The notes: generated from the letters alone by a model not told the origin. A stretch of 64,000 nt of DNA from Patescibacteria group bacterium (GCA_041649135.1 JBAZNQ010000001.1:291037-355036), one strand, 5' to 3'; shown: positions 39,309 through 49,984, numbered from the stretch's first letter. Numbers and translations: made by a program.

Positions 39309-39620
39309 TTAACTTAGAATTCGTGTAATACGAATTCTTAATTTATTCTGCCGATGACCTTGAGTCTTATGGTATCTTTTGCGACGCTTCATCTTAAATA
39401 CGATCACCTTCGGGTCTCTGGTCTCGGCCATTACTTCAGCTTCCACGGTTGCCTTCTCTAATACCGGCATCCCGACTTGGGTCGTTTTACCATCATCTAC
39501 CAGTAATACTTCCTCAAACTTCAAGGGCGTTTTGGCACCCTCAATTCGCTCAATATCCAAAGTATCGCCTTCGGAGACGAGATACTGCTTTCCACCAGTT
39601 TTGATTACTGCTTGAACCAT
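39309..39620 (-). CDS. rplU: 50S ribosomal protein L21
   Basis: AVIKTGGKQYLV, GHRQ. Confidence 0.97.
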   Translation of the reverse strand: MVQAVIKTGGKQYLVSEGDTLDIERIEGAKTPLKFEEVLLVDDGKTTQVGMPVLEKATVEAEVMAETRDPKVIVFKMKRRKRYHKTQGHRQNKLRIRITRILS

Positions 39621-39761
39621 AGCTTGAAAACTAACATATACCAACCAATTTAGTCAATTATTTACCTCGTCATTCTGGGGAGCAAGACGACGCCAGAATC
39701 GTAGAAAATAATGTCCATAAGATTCCGGACAAGCCAGAATGACGCAAAATAGGGATGGCTC

Positions 39762-40277
39762 TTACGATAAGGTCAGATGAACACCTTCCTTGATCCCAGC
39801 CATTTCCGCTTCACCAGCCGCCAGTTCCAACACATATCTTGCCGGCTCATCATTCACATAAGTCGACAATTCAGCTTGGTCATCTTTTGGCGGCTGAACT
39901 TGAGTAGCCAGATAGACTACCTTGCCCTGTTCGTCCAACCAGACTATGTCCAATGGGATTTGCATCCCCTTCATCCACATTGAATGATTTCCCGATTGAT
40001 CAAATACAAACAACATTCCAGAACCACTATTGATCTGTTCCACTCCCGCTAAGCCCTGATTGCGCTGGGCTTCGGTTTCCGCCACCTGTACTGCCAAGGT
40101 TGTACCATTCGGTAAAACTACTCGCCGAGTGTTTTCGGTTGTTGTCGTTGTTAAAATTTGCTGATTTGAAGTTTTCGTCATCAAGCTATAAACCGTCGGC
40201 TGTTTTGCAAAACCATATACTGCCATCAGCGTTAATGCAAAAAATCCTAAAATAAAATTTGATACAAGACGGTTCAT
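39762..40277 (-). CDS. DUF192 family protein
   Basis: GMLFVF, MWMKGMQIPLDIVWLD, YVLEL. Confidence 0.9.
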   Translation of the reverse strand: MNRLVSNFILGFFALTLMAVYGFAKQPTVYSLMTKTSNQQILTTTTTENTRRVVLPNGTTLAVQVAETEAQRNQGLAGVEQINSGSGMLFVFDQSGNHSMWMKGMQIPLDIVWLDEQGKVVYLATQVQPPKDDQAELSTYVNDEPARYVLELAAGEAEMAGIKEGVHLTLS

Positions 40278-40282
40278 TCCAA

Positions 40283-40665
40283 AAATTCTAAATTCTAATC
40301 TCTAAATCCTAAACAAATCCCAAATTCCTCTGAAAATTCTAAACTCGAAACTCTAAATTCTAAACAAATTCTAAATTCTAATGCTTCAAACGTTTCCTGT
40401 GTCATTCCCACCCTCTTCTTTGTCATTCCCGCGTAGGCGGGAATCCAGCCAAGAACAAAAACATTTTTTCTTTTTTCTGTCCCTGGCCGCGACCGCAGGC
40501 AGGCTGGATGCGGTCGCCACGGCGACCTTACCAGAATGACGGTCTTTTGTTTCGGTAATTGTTATTTCGAGCTTGTTTAGTATTTCTGATTTCGGATTTC
40601 GTGTTTTTATTTCTGGATACTAGATGCTAGATACTAGATACTGAATTGTGTTTCGGATTTTGTGC
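40283..40665. repeat. Composite element (CTAAATY arrays plus REP), near-duplicate of 1008-1250
   Basis: ctctgaaaat..taaactcgaaa...ctaatgcttcaaacgtttcctgtgtcattcccaccctcttctttgtcattcccgcg...taggcgggaatccagccaagaacaaaaacattttttc shared with the 1-kb element. Confidence 0.88.
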
Positions 40666-43600
40666 TTATGGTTTGTCACTTAGTGCTACTCTCAACTCTA
40701 CCACAAACCCATTGATCTTGTGTTCTTCGCCGTCCTCCTCAAGCATCACATCTGCCAATACTTCAGTTTTTATATAATCGCCAAACTGTTCAAAAGTCTG
40801 TTTGATTTCTGGCGCATCAGATTTCCAAGTCAATTTGATCCTGTCAGTAATCTCCAACCCGCCATTCTTACGTAATACTTGCACCGCTCGCACGATCTCA
40901 CGAGCATTACCTTCTAATGCCAATTCTGGAGTAATTGTCGCATCAAGCTTATCTTCTACCCCGCCCAATTCAATTTTCTTCACATTCAATTCCTCCTTCA
41001 GAATCTCCAGCACTTCTGCCGATAAATCTTTAGCTTTAACTGTAAAACTAGCCAACGGCTGACGTACTTTAACCCCCGCTTGTTCGCGTTGATTTAAACC
41101 AACTTCAATTAGCTCCCGCACTATCTTCATACCCTCTAATACCTTTTGATCGGCTTGGGCAGAGCCCTGCGTAGCCTTGGCGAAGAAGGGCCAATCGGCT
41201 AAATGCACCGACGCCACATCGGCCTCGGTCTTTAAGTTCAAATAAATTGCTTCACTCAAGAACGGCATAAATGGTGCCAACATTTTTACAAAGTCTTTCA
41301 ACACGGTATACAACACAACATAAGCTTGGTTTTTATCGATGTCATTCTCCCCCTTTCCGCCGTCGCCAAGACTATGGCGGACTGTCCGCCAGAACCGCCG
41401 CCGACTCCGCCTAACATACCAGTTGGACAGATCATCCATGAAGCTCTCCATCGCAAGACACGCCTGCATGGCATCATATTCGTCCAAAGCTTTCGATACC
41501 GTTTCTACCAGCTGGTTTCGTCTTGCCCAAATCCACTGATCCAACACATTCTTTGGTTCTAGCTTCATTTTTTCATCCGGCACAAACCCATCAATATTCG
41601 CATAAGTTACAAAGAACGAATAAGTGTTCCATAAAGTCAGCATCAGCCGTCGGATAACTTGTTTCACCCCCTCTTCGTCAAAGTTTTTCGGCAAACCGAT
41701 CTGGTTAATTGTCATCAAATACCACCTCACCGCATCGGAACCATAATTTTCAAACAAAGACTGCGGCTCTACCACATTACCTTTGGATTTGCTCATCTTT
41801 TTGCCGTTTTTATCCAAGACATGACCATTCACTACCACATTTTTGTACGGCGCTGCTTTACCAAGCAAAGTTGCTATTGCTAACAAGGTATAAAACCACC
41901 CGCGAGTTTGATCAACTCCCTCGGCAATAAAATCGGCTGGGAAGGATAGTTCCTTATCGATTCTCTCCTTATTTTCAAATGGATAATGCCATTGGGCATA
42001 TGGCATCGCACCAGAATCAAACCACACATCCAACACTTCTGAAACTCTGTGATATTCTTTGCCATCTTTTACCAAAACAATTTCATCCACAAACGGCTTA
42101 TGCGGATCCCATGTTGTTTTGCTGTCATTGCGAGAAGACGCAGCCGACGAAGCAATCTTTGTCGGATCTTTCGCCAACTTCCTTAATTCTTCAAACGAGC
42201 CAATACAAATCGGCTTTTCTCCTTCTGCCACCCAAAACGGCAACGGCGTCCCCCAATATCGCTCTCTAGAAATCCCCCAATCTTTAATATCTTTTAACCA
42301 TTCTCCAAATCGGCCATCCTTCAAATGCGACGGCACCCAATTTACGGATTTGTTATTAGCCAACAATTCTTCTTGAACTGCTGTTACTTTGATAAACCAA
42401 GAATCCGCTGCGTAATACATCAATGGTGTATCGCACCGCCAGCAGAATGGATAATCATGCGTATACTTCTCTTCTTTAAAGAAACCCCCCTTACCCTCCG
42501 ACGCGCCCTCCTTCAGCACCGCAATAATCTCCTGTTCCAGCTCTTTATCTTTCTCACCTACCTTCATAATTGAGCGCCCCGCCCACGGTTTTACACTCGG
42601 AGCAAAAACGCCATTTGGTAACACCGTATGGACCATTGGTAAATCAAATTTTTTGCCTAGCTGGTAGTCATCTTCTCCATACATCGGCGCAATATGCACC
42701 ACTCCCGTCCCATCCTCCGTTGTCACAAAATCGGCTGGATAAACTTTAAACGCATTCTGATAGTTCTTAGCATCTTTCGGAATTGCCTCTGGGAAAAGCG
42801 GTTCATACTCTAAACCGACCAAATCTTTGCCTTTGTATCTTTCAACAACCTCAACATCTTCGTCACCAAAAATTTTATTAATCAATTCCTCCGCCAAAAT
42901 ATATAAATCCCCTTCCTGAACTTTTAACTTTTCACTTTTAACTTTTAACTTACAGTAGGAAATTTCATTTCCTACTGCTAATACCACATTCCCCGGCAAA
43001 GTCCACGGTGTTGTCGTCCAAACCAAGATATATGTATTGTCGCTTGCGACACCATCACTTTTCACTTTTAACTTTTCACTTTTAACTCGAAACTTCACGA
43101 ATAGTGAAGTTTCGTTTACTTCTTTATACCCCTGTGCCACTTCATGACTCGCCAGCGCCGTTTCACACCGAGGACATCTTGGCCCCACCCGATAGCCTTG
43201 ATAAATCAAACCCTTATCCCAAATCTGCTTTAATGCCCACCAGACTGATTCAATGTATTTTGAATCATAAGTAATATACGGGTCATTCATGTCCAACCAA
43301 TACCCACTCCGACGGGTGAATTGCTCCCACAGTTCTTTGTACTCCCAAACACTTTCCCGTGCTTGTGCATTAAACTTTTCCACTCCGTATTTTTCAATAT
43401 CAGCCTTATTGGTCAGTCCCAGTTTTTTCTCGACGGCAATTTCCACCGGCAACCCATGCGTATCCCAACCCGCTTTCCGTTCCACTAAAAACCCTCGCAT
43501 CGTTTTGTAACGCGCATAAATATCTTTTACATACCGACTAACGGCATGATGTAACCCCGGCTTACCATTCGCACTCGGCGGTCCTTCAAAGAATATAAAC

Positions 43601-43722
43601 CTTTCGCTCTTAGCTCTAAGCTCTAAGCTCTTCTGAAATATCTTTTCTTTATCCCAAAACGAAAGAATTTCTTCTTCCTGTTTGGAGAAGTTTACTTTTG
43701 GATCAACTTTTTTAAATTTCAT
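40666..43722 (-). CDS. ileS: Isoleucine--tRNA ligase (type 2-like)
   Basis: GPPSANG, GWDTHGLP, WTTTPWTLP, ISRERYWGTP, KMSKS. Confidence 0.98.
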   Translation of the reverse strand: MKFKKVDPKVNFSKQEEEILSFWDKEKIFQKSLELRAKSERFIFFEGPPSANGKPGLHHAVSRYVKDIYARYKTMRGFLVERKAGWDTHGLPVEIAVEKKLGLTNKADIEKYGVEKFNAQARESVWEYKELWEQFTRRSGYWLDMNDPYITYDSKYIESVWWALKQIWDKGLIYQGYRVGPRCPRCETALASHEVAQGYKEVNETSLFVKFRVKSEKLKVKSDGVASDNTYILVWTTTPWTLPGNVVLAVGNEISYCKLKVKSEKLKVQEGDLYILAEELINKIFGDEDVEVVERYKGKDLVGLEYEPLFPEAIPKDAKNYQNAFKVYPADFVTTEDGTGVVHIAPMYGEDDYQLGKKFDLPMVHTVLPNGVFAPSVKPWAGRSIMKVGEKDKELEQEIIAVLKEGASEGKGGFFKEEKYTHDYPFCWRCDTPLMYYAADSWFIKVTAVQEELLANNKSVNWVPSHLKDGRFGEWLKDIKDWGISRERYWGTPLPFWVAEGEKPICIGSFEELRKLAKDPTKIASSAASSRNDSKTTWDPHKPFVDEIVLVKDGKEYHRVSEVLDVWFDSGAMPYAQWHYPFENKERIDKELSFPADFIAEGVDQTRGWFYTLLAIATLLGKAAPYKNVVVNGHVLDKNGKKMSKSKGNVVEPQSLFENYGSDAVRWYLMTINQIGLPKNFDEEGVKQVIRRLMLTLWNTYSFFVTYANIDGFVPDEKMKLEPKNVLDQWIWARRNQLVETVSKALDEYDAMQACLAMESFMDDLSNWYVRRSRRRFWRTVRHSLGDGGKGENDIDKNQAYVVLYTVLKDFVKMLAPFMPFLSEAIYLNLKTEADVASVHLADWPFFAKATQGSAQADQKVLEGMKIVRELIEVGLNQREQAGVKVRQPLASFTVKAKDLSAEVLEILKEELNVKKIELGGVEDKLDATITPELALEGNAREIVRAVQVLRKNGGLEITDRIKLTWKSDAPEIKQTFEQFGDYIKTEVLADVMLEEDGEEHKINGFVVELRVALSDKP

Positions 43723-44260
43723 CCTTTTTCTCGCTTGCTTTTCTAATTAACGGCCGCCGCCGATCTTCAATCAGATACTTCTTCGTATCCTGATCTAGGT
43801 CCACAAATCGATCAGCCGCTGTTTGTAATTTTCCGGAAGCACTTCGCCCAAACGCCACCACTTCCACCTTTTGACCCAAACTCTGCAAATATTCAACTAA
43901 TGGAACAAAATCGCCATCACCCGACACTATCACTACCACATCCACTTTGGGTGCCAGCTTAATCGTATCCATCGCAATCCCGACATCCCAATCGCCCTTC
44001 TTATTCCCGCCGTAAAAAATCTGAAGTTCCTTGGCTTTAACCTCAAAGCCAATATGCTCCAGCGCCTCAAAGAAGTTGCCTTCTTCTGGAATATCTGCAG
44101 CAATTACATAAGCAATTGCTCTAATTAAATTCCGATCACCTACCGCCGTTTCGAGTACCGCCTTAAAATTAACCTTCTTTTGGTACATCGCCTTGGCCGA
44201 ATAGTACATATTCGACACATCAACAAACACCCCTACCCGTTGTTCTCCATATTGGCTCAT
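43712..44260 (-). CDS. NYN domain (LabA/DUF88) protein
   Basis: VFVDVSN, KGDWDV, SGDGDFVP. Confidence 0.93.
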   Translation of the reverse strand: MSQYGEQRVGVFVDVSNMYYSAKAMYQKKVNFKAVLETAVGDRNLIRAIAYVIAADIPEEGNFFEALEHIGFEVKAKELQIFYGGNKKGDWDVGIAMDTIKLAPKVDVVVIVSGDGDFVPLVEYLQSLGQKVEVVAFGRSASGKLQTAADRFVDLDQDTKKYLIEDRRRPLIRKASEKKDEI

Positions 44261-44383
44261 AAAATATTCAAATCAACTGATATATCCAAATCCCTCCTAT
44301 TATACCTATCCGCCGGCTTCAGACAAAAAAACAAGCCCACCTTCCCCCAAGGTGGGCTCACATGTTCAGCCGATAGTCCGCAA

Positions 44384-44770
44384 TCAGGAAGCGAGAAGAT
44401 GCAGCCGCAAGTTCCTCTCGACGGGCAAATGGAACTGCTGAGCCTGACGCTCCGCATCCTCGGCGCCAACAGCTTTTATCGTGCCAAGTACTATCATCAT
44501 CGCCTTGCGGCGACGGCGACGATGACCAGCCCGACCACTCCGGTGGTGACGATATCGAGTCACCCGCACCTCAAAGAGCTGCGGAGCCACCTCGCTCACG
44601 ACGACACCATCGTCATAGGCCGTCATCAGGCTCGAGTCGTTGCAGTTCTCCTGCGACGATACCCGCCCCGCCGCCGACAGCTGCCGTCTGCTCCGATTCC
44701 TCTGCCAGATCGCCCAAGCGACCATCAGCAGGAGCACGAAAACAACGTAGTAGATGACGTTCAGGTCCAT
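44384..44770 (-). CDS. Hypothetical membrane-anchored protein
   Basis: MDLNVIYYVVFVLLLMVAWAIW TM segment; GGAGGGGG RBS; terminator gcccacct...aggtgggc downstream. Confidence 0.6.
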   Translation of the reverse strand: MDLNVIYYVVFVLLLMVAWAIWQRNRSRRQLSAAGRVSSQENCNDSSLMTAYDDGVVVSEVAPQLFEVRVTRYRHHRSGRAGHRRRRRKAMMIVLGTIKAVGAEDAERQAQQFHLPVERNLRLHLLAS

Positions 44771-45092
44771 CACAGACCCCCTCCCTCTATGAGATACCTT
44801 TACCCTACCAAAAAACCCGCTCCTAGTCAAGACTTTCCTATTTCTGCCCCCTATTCCCATTGAGCAAATTGCGTCCGCCAATAGCAAAATTAACCGGTAT
44901 GGATAGCGTCTGTTTGAGCCCCGACTTGTTGGGGCGAGTATAGCGTATAGTCCAGAAAGGTTAATTTTGGTTAATTGGCTAGCTATTTGTAATTGGGCGT
45001 CCTTTCGGTGCTACCGCGCAAGGACTAAGCAAAGCGGTAGCGAAAAAGAACGGCCGACGTCAGTCGGCCAAAGGTCGTCTGCAAGATAAAAA

Positions 45093-45311
45093 CTAATCTA
45101 TTTCAAATACCTTTTCACTGGAAGTAGCTCCCGACGTCAGTCGAACCAAAGATCTAGGTACCTCGAATTCCAAAGCCAACAACTCTATGACTGCCTGATT
45201 GGCCTTCCCCTTTTCCGGCGCTACCGTCACCCACACCTTAAAACTCCCCTCCCGCAATTTTTCAATTGCATTTCGGGACGCTCTCGTAATCACTTTTACC
45301 TTAATTCTCAT
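45093..45311 (-). CDS. DUF167 (YggU-like) protein
   Basis: APEKGKANQAVIELLA...SGATSSEK. Confidence 0.9.
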   Translation of the reverse strand: MRIKVKVITRASRNAIEKLREGSFKVWVTVAPEKGKANQAVIELLALEFEVPRSLVRLTSGATSSEKVFEID

Positions 45312-45348
45312 TTGGTGATTGGGATTTGGTTATTGGTTATTAAATCCC

Positions 45349-46092
45349 TTACGCCGCCTTTAAACTTGCCCGTGCCAGTTCTATCTCACCCCAATCAATC
45401 TCCTGTATTAACTCTCGGTATTCTCCAGAAAAATTCAGAACCACACCGACACTATTTAACAGCCCCCGCGCCGCACTAAAATTATTTTTCACCATATATT
45501 GCCTAACTCTATTCAACGCTTCGCGTACATCCGGCGTCACCACTTCCAGCCGCTCCTTCTCTTCTGTCCGTTCGCTCAATTCGTCAATCAGACGTTTAGC
45601 TTCCGCCAAACCAGCATCAGCAAACTTTTGTTCAAACTGCTTACGTAGTGAACCAATTTGAATCTTCAATAACAACCGACTGAACATCGCATACCGCCGT
45701 TTCTTTTCCTCAATTTCTCTTTTTTTTGCCTTAATAATTTCTTTCCGATCCGACACACTAGCTGTTTCAATTTCATGCGCTACTGCTCGTCGTTGTGCTA
45801 CTGACAAATATGGCGAGGTGACTACTTCTTCAGACTCATCCGCCTGTTCCTCACCAGACGGCAAACACTTCTCCGCCATAATCCTCACCAAGTTTTCTTT
45901 GTATTCAATCTTTTCGCAATCATCAAAGGCAACCATCCAGTCATTTACATCCCCTTCCGTACACCAACCATTATTCCGCGCATAATTCAACATACGCTCC
46001 ATCTCTGCTCGCAACTCGCGTTCATATTCCAGTAACTCCGAGTCAGTCTCTTCCTGACTAACCGCAACTAATTCCAGTTTTTTATTTTCCAT
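45349..46092 (-). CDS. Hypothetical helical/coiled-coil protein
   Basis: 247-aa E/K/R-rich ORF with AGAGG RBS. Confidence 0.7.
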   Translation of the reverse strand: MENKKLELVAVSQEETDSELLEYERELRAEMERMLNYARNNGWCTEGDVNDWMVAFDDCEKIEYKENLVRIMAEKCLPSGEEQADESEEVVTSPYLSVAQRRAVAHEIETASVSDRKEIIKAKKREIEEKKRRYAMFSRLLLKIQIGSLRKQFEQKFADAGLAEAKRLIDELSERTEEKERLEVVTPDVREALNRVRQYMVKNNFSAARGLLNSVGVVLNFSGEYRELIQEIDWGEIELARASLKAA

Positions 46093-46138
46093 CCTCTTTG
46101 TGGTAATTGGTTATTGGATATTGGATATTACCGGTTGC

Positions 46139-48979
46139 TTACGAGCAACCGGTTGTCGTCCCACATTCCCGACAGGAATAACATGTTCCGTTCCGAATCA
46201 TGAACGCTCCACAAGTCGGACACGGCGGTGCCGAACTTTCTCTGACATCCCCGTTAGTTTCCATTTTTATTTCTAATGAAGTTTGGACTGGCAACGGTTC
46301 TGGCGTCTCCATTTCCTGTTCACTTTTCACACTCTCTGCTCCATCCACATTCGTGATGTCGCTTTGTTCTAACGACCTCGCCACATCCTCACCGATGATC
46401 CCCATCATGACTTGTTTTTCGACTGGCAAATAATGCCGACCTATCCATCTAGCAATATAATCCGGAATTGATTTCGCAAACGGAATGTCCATATCATCAG
46501 TCGCTCCCCACGGCTCAAATCGCATATTGATCAACGAATCAACTAATGATTCTACCGATTCACCACGTTGTAGCGCTTTCGACAACAATCGCGCTAGTGT
46601 ATCCATTAACCCCGAGAAAGCGGAACCTTCTCGCGCTGTTTTTAGAAAAATCTCACCCAATCGCCCATCATCATAAAGATTTGCTGTTACATACACCTTA
46701 TGATCACCCACAATAAAACTATGAGTCAGCCCGTGACGAGTTTTAGGCATATCCCGTTCCTGTAATTTTGGCAATTGCTGAACTTCTGGCAATTTTTCCT
46801 CGTCTTTTTTCTTTACCGTCAAAGGCTGTGACGCTTTACAATTGTCCCGATACAACGCCAACGCTTTGATGCCCTTTTTCCATGATTCAACATAAACTTG
46901 CTCCACTTCCTCCACCGTCACTTCTTCCGGCATATTCACCGTCTTGCTGATCGCACCCGACAAAAACGGCTGAACCGCCGCCATCATATCGACATGCGCC
47001 ATTGGTCGGATAAATCTAGTCCCGTTACCGACTTTATTGGCACAATCAAATACCGGCAAATGTTCCGCCCGAACATGTGGTGCTCCCTCAATCGTGCCAT
47101 TCTCCAAAATATAATCATTAATTTCTTTAGTCTCGGTTGGATTGTATCCCAATTGTTCTAGCGCTGACACCACCGACTGGTTCACAATTGCATATCCGCC
47201 GCCGCCAGCCAATTTTTTGTATTTCACCAAAGCAAAGTCCGGTTCAATCCCAGTCGTATCCGCGTCCATCAATGGTCCGATCGTTCCAGTTGGCGCCAGT
47301 ACCGTTGCCTGCGCATTGCGATAACCGTTTTTCTCACCCATCACCAACGCTTCGTCCCAATCCTGCTTTGCCGCTGCGAATAATTCCGCTGTCAGATTCC
47401 GACTATCAATTTGATACGCCGCGTTGCGATGCATTTTAATCACTTCCAACATTGATTCACGATTTTTCAAAAAACCGGAGAATGTCCCAACTCGCCCAGC
47501 CATCCGTGCTGATTGAGCGTAAGCTCGGCCGGTCATGATCGCCGTCGCCGCCGCCGCCAATGCCCGACCGCCATCAGAATCATATGGCAAACCCACTCGC
47601 ATCAAATACGCGCCTAAATTAGCGTAACCCATCCCCAATGGTCGATATTCATGCGAATTTTGAGCGATGGTTCGCCCCGGAAAAGACGAGAAATCAACTA
47701 AAATTTCTTGAGCGGCAATCATCACATCAACAGTATGCCGATAAGCTTCAATATCCAGTTGACCGTCCTCGGTCAGATATTTGACCAAATTAATCGAAGC
47801 TAAATTACACGCCGAATCATCCAAAAACATGTATTCGCTACATGGATTACTGGCGTTAATTCTGCCGGTTACTTTGCAGGTATGCCATTTATTAATCGTC
47901 GTATCATATTGCATCCCCGGATCAGCACACCGCCAAGCTGCTTGAGCGATTTCCCGCATCACTTGTCGCGCCGGTAACGTCCGAATTACTTCACCAGTAG
48001 TTACCGCTCGCAAATCCCAATTGCCACCATCCAGATAAGCTTGCATAAACTCATCTGTCACTCTGATAGAATTATTCGAATTCTGTCCACCAACTGTTTG
48101 ATACGCTTCACCATTGAAATCAGCCGGTAATCCACCCTCAATCAAAATTTTTGCCTTTTCCTCCTCTCGTTCCTTCCAGTGAATGAATTCCATAATTTCC
48201 GGATGATCCACATTCATGATCACCATCTTGGCCGCTCGCCGAGTTGTTCCACCTGATTTAGTCGCCCCAGCTCCGGTGTCATAGACTTTCAAAAATGACA
48301 ACACCCCAGAAGACATCCCTCCCCCTGACAACTTTTCATATTTTGACCTCAACGTCGAAAAGTTAGTACCAGAACCACTGCCATATTTAAACAATTGTGA
48401 TTCTTTTTTTAACAGATCAAAAATGTCCGACAAATCATCTCTTACCGATTGGATAAAACACGCTGACGCCTGCGGATGTTCATAAGCATTAATCGCCACT
48501 TCGATATCATTACTCTCTGGGTTCCAAAACCAATTTTGTGAACTGCCAGTAATTCCATATTCATGGAACAATCCTACGTTAAACCAGACTGGTGAATTAA
48601 AGGCCGCTCTTTGTGTTACTAAAATAAACTTCAATTCATCTTCAAAAATATCTGCTTCGTCTGTTGACACCAGATGACCGAGCTTCTCACCAGCCATCCG
48701 AATCGTATGCGCCACTCGATGTACCAGCTGGCGGATCGAGGTCTCCATCCCCTCTGGACTGTTCACTCCCCGCTTTCTCAAATATTTATACGCTGCTATC
48801 GTCGCCGCAGTCTCCGACCACGATAATGGTACTTCGATCTCCCTGTCTAACAGCATCGAACCATCAGTATCCTTCAGACTGACATGCCGCATCCCCCAAT
48901 CGATTAATTTAAATACATCGTCCCCTTCCCGTGTAAAATGCCGACTAACCAAACCCTGTGTTGCAACTTTTCCCTCCAT
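46139..48979 (-). CDS. nrdJ: Vitamin B12-dependent (class II) ribonucleotide reductase
   Basis: FNSPVWFN, ASNPCSEY, APTGTIG, AISKTVN, C-terminal CPTC..CRECGTTTGCS. Confidence 0.96.
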   Translation of the reverse strand: MEGKVATQGLVSRHFTREGDDVFKLIDWGMRHVSLKDTDGSMLLDREIEVPLSWSETAATIAAYKYLRKRGVNSPEGMETSIRQLVHRVAHTIRMAGEKLGHLVSTDEADIFEDELKFILVTQRAAFNSPVWFNVGLFHEYGITGSSQNWFWNPESNDIEVAINAYEHPQASACFIQSVRDDLSDIFDLLKKESQLFKYGSGSGTNFSTLRSKYEKLSGGGMSSGVLSFLKVYDTGAGATKSGGTTRRAAKMVIMNVDHPEIMEFIHWKEREEEKAKILIEGGLPADFNGEAYQTVGGQNSNNSIRVTDEFMQAYLDGGNWDLRAVTTGEVIRTLPARQVMREIAQAAWRCADPGMQYDTTINKWHTCKVTGRINASNPCSEYMFLDDSACNLASINLVKYLTEDGQLDIEAYRHTVDVMIAAQEILVDFSSFPGRTIAQNSHEYRPLGMGYANLGAYLMRVGLPYDSDGGRALAAAATAIMTGRAYAQSARMAGRVGTFSGFLKNRESMLEVIKMHRNAAYQIDSRNLTAELFAAAKQDWDEALVMGEKNGYRNAQATVLAPTGTIGPLMDADTTGIEPDFALVKYKKLAGGGGYAIVNQSVVSALEQLGYNPTETKEINDYILENGTIEGAPHVRAEHLPVFDCANKVGNGTRFIRPMAHVDMMAAVQPFLSGAISKTVNMPEEVTVEEVEQVYVESWKKGIKALALYRDNCKASQPLTVKKKDEEKLPEVQQLPKLQERDMPKTRHGLTHSFIVGDHKVYVTANLYDDGRLGEIFLKTAREGSAFSGLMDTLARLLSKALQRGESVESLVDSLINMRFEPWGATDDMDIPFAKSIPDYIARWIGRHYLPVEKQVMMGIIGEDVARSLEQSDITNVDGAESVKSEQEMETPEPLPVQTSLEIKMETNGDVRESSAPPCPTCGAFMIRNGTCYSCRECGTTTGCS

Positions 48980-49023
48980 AAAGACCTCGCTCCGATTAAG
49001 ACAATATATATTTGTCGCTCGCT

Positions 49024-49385
49024 AATCATCAATCACCAAATCACAATATCCAAACAAATTACAATTCTAAACCCCAATTTGTCTTTCTGCTCCTCCCTCC
49101 GTCATTCCCGCGAAGGCGGGAATCCATTTCTTCCTGTCATTCTGAACCCTTCAATTCTTCAGGACAGGCTCCGCGAAGAATCTAGTTCCGGTTTACCGGA
49201 ACGACTATCGTCTAGATCCTTCATTTCATTCAGGATGACAGCACGACTGTTTATTTTGTTTATTGATAATTGACCATTGCTTCTGTTTATTGTGATTTTT
49301 TTGTTGATTGGTTATTGGATATTGATTATTACCTCTGTTTATTGGTTATTACTTCTGGTCATTGATTATTGGATATTGGATATTA
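49024..49385. repeat. Composite element: inverted TTGGWYA-type heptamer arrays around REP palindromes
   Basis: aatcatcaatcaccaaatcacaat ... ttggttattggatattgattatt; internal gtcattcccgcgaaggcgggaatcc. Confidence 0.8.
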
Positions 49386-49850
49386 CTTATTGGTCGCTTT
49401 GCGACCAATAAGTTTCTGTATTTCCTTTTCAAAAGTCTCCAAATCAGTAAATTTTCGATATACTGCCGCAAACCGAATATATGCCACACTATCTACCTGT
49501 TCCAATTTACTGATTACGATTTCGCCGATCTCCGCCGAATTAACTTCTTCACGATTCAATTCGTAAACTGCTCGTTCAATATCATCAATTACTTTTTCAA
49601 TATCCGCCGCCGACAAAGGCCGTTTGTAAAACGCTTTATAAATTCCGGCTGACAATTTGTCTCTCTCGAACAACTCTCGCGAACTATCTTTTTTTATTAC
49701 CATCAATCTCGGCTGTTCTGCCCGCTCATAAGTCGTGAATCTAAAATTACACTTCACGCATTCCCGTCGCCGCCGAACACTTGCATGATCCTCCGCAATT
49801 CGAGAATCAATTACCGCGCTTTCTAATTCACCACATTGTGGACAACGCAT
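49383..49850 (-). CDS. nrdR: Transcriptional repressor NrdR
   Basis: MRCPQC...DSR...RRRRECVKC..RFTTYE, ATP cone, VAYIRFA. Confidence 0.98.
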   Translation of the reverse strand: MRCPQCGELESAVIDSRIAEDHASVRRRRECVKCNFRFTTYERAEQPRLMVIKKDSSRELFERDKLSAGIYKAFYKRPLSAADIEKVIDDIERAVYELNREEVNSAEIGEIVISKLEQVDSVAYIRFAAVYRKFTDLETFEKEIQKLIGRKATNK

Positions 49851-49984
49851 CGGACTAGTTAAAAGTTAAAAGTTATAAGTGATAAGTTATGGTGGTTCTG
49901 CTTTTGCAGCAGAACTATGATCATTGCTAATTATTAATTTGACCTTCCTTCACTTATCACCTGTCACCTATCACTTGTCACTCC

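Noticed and set aside
44944-44956. TATAGTCC resembling the group I intron S element
   Set aside because: No matching R/P7 partner or interrupted host gene was seen.
49001-49016. AT-rich near-palindrome before nrdJ as an NrdR box
   Set aside because: The C-to-G core spacing does not fit the 10-bp NrdR core.
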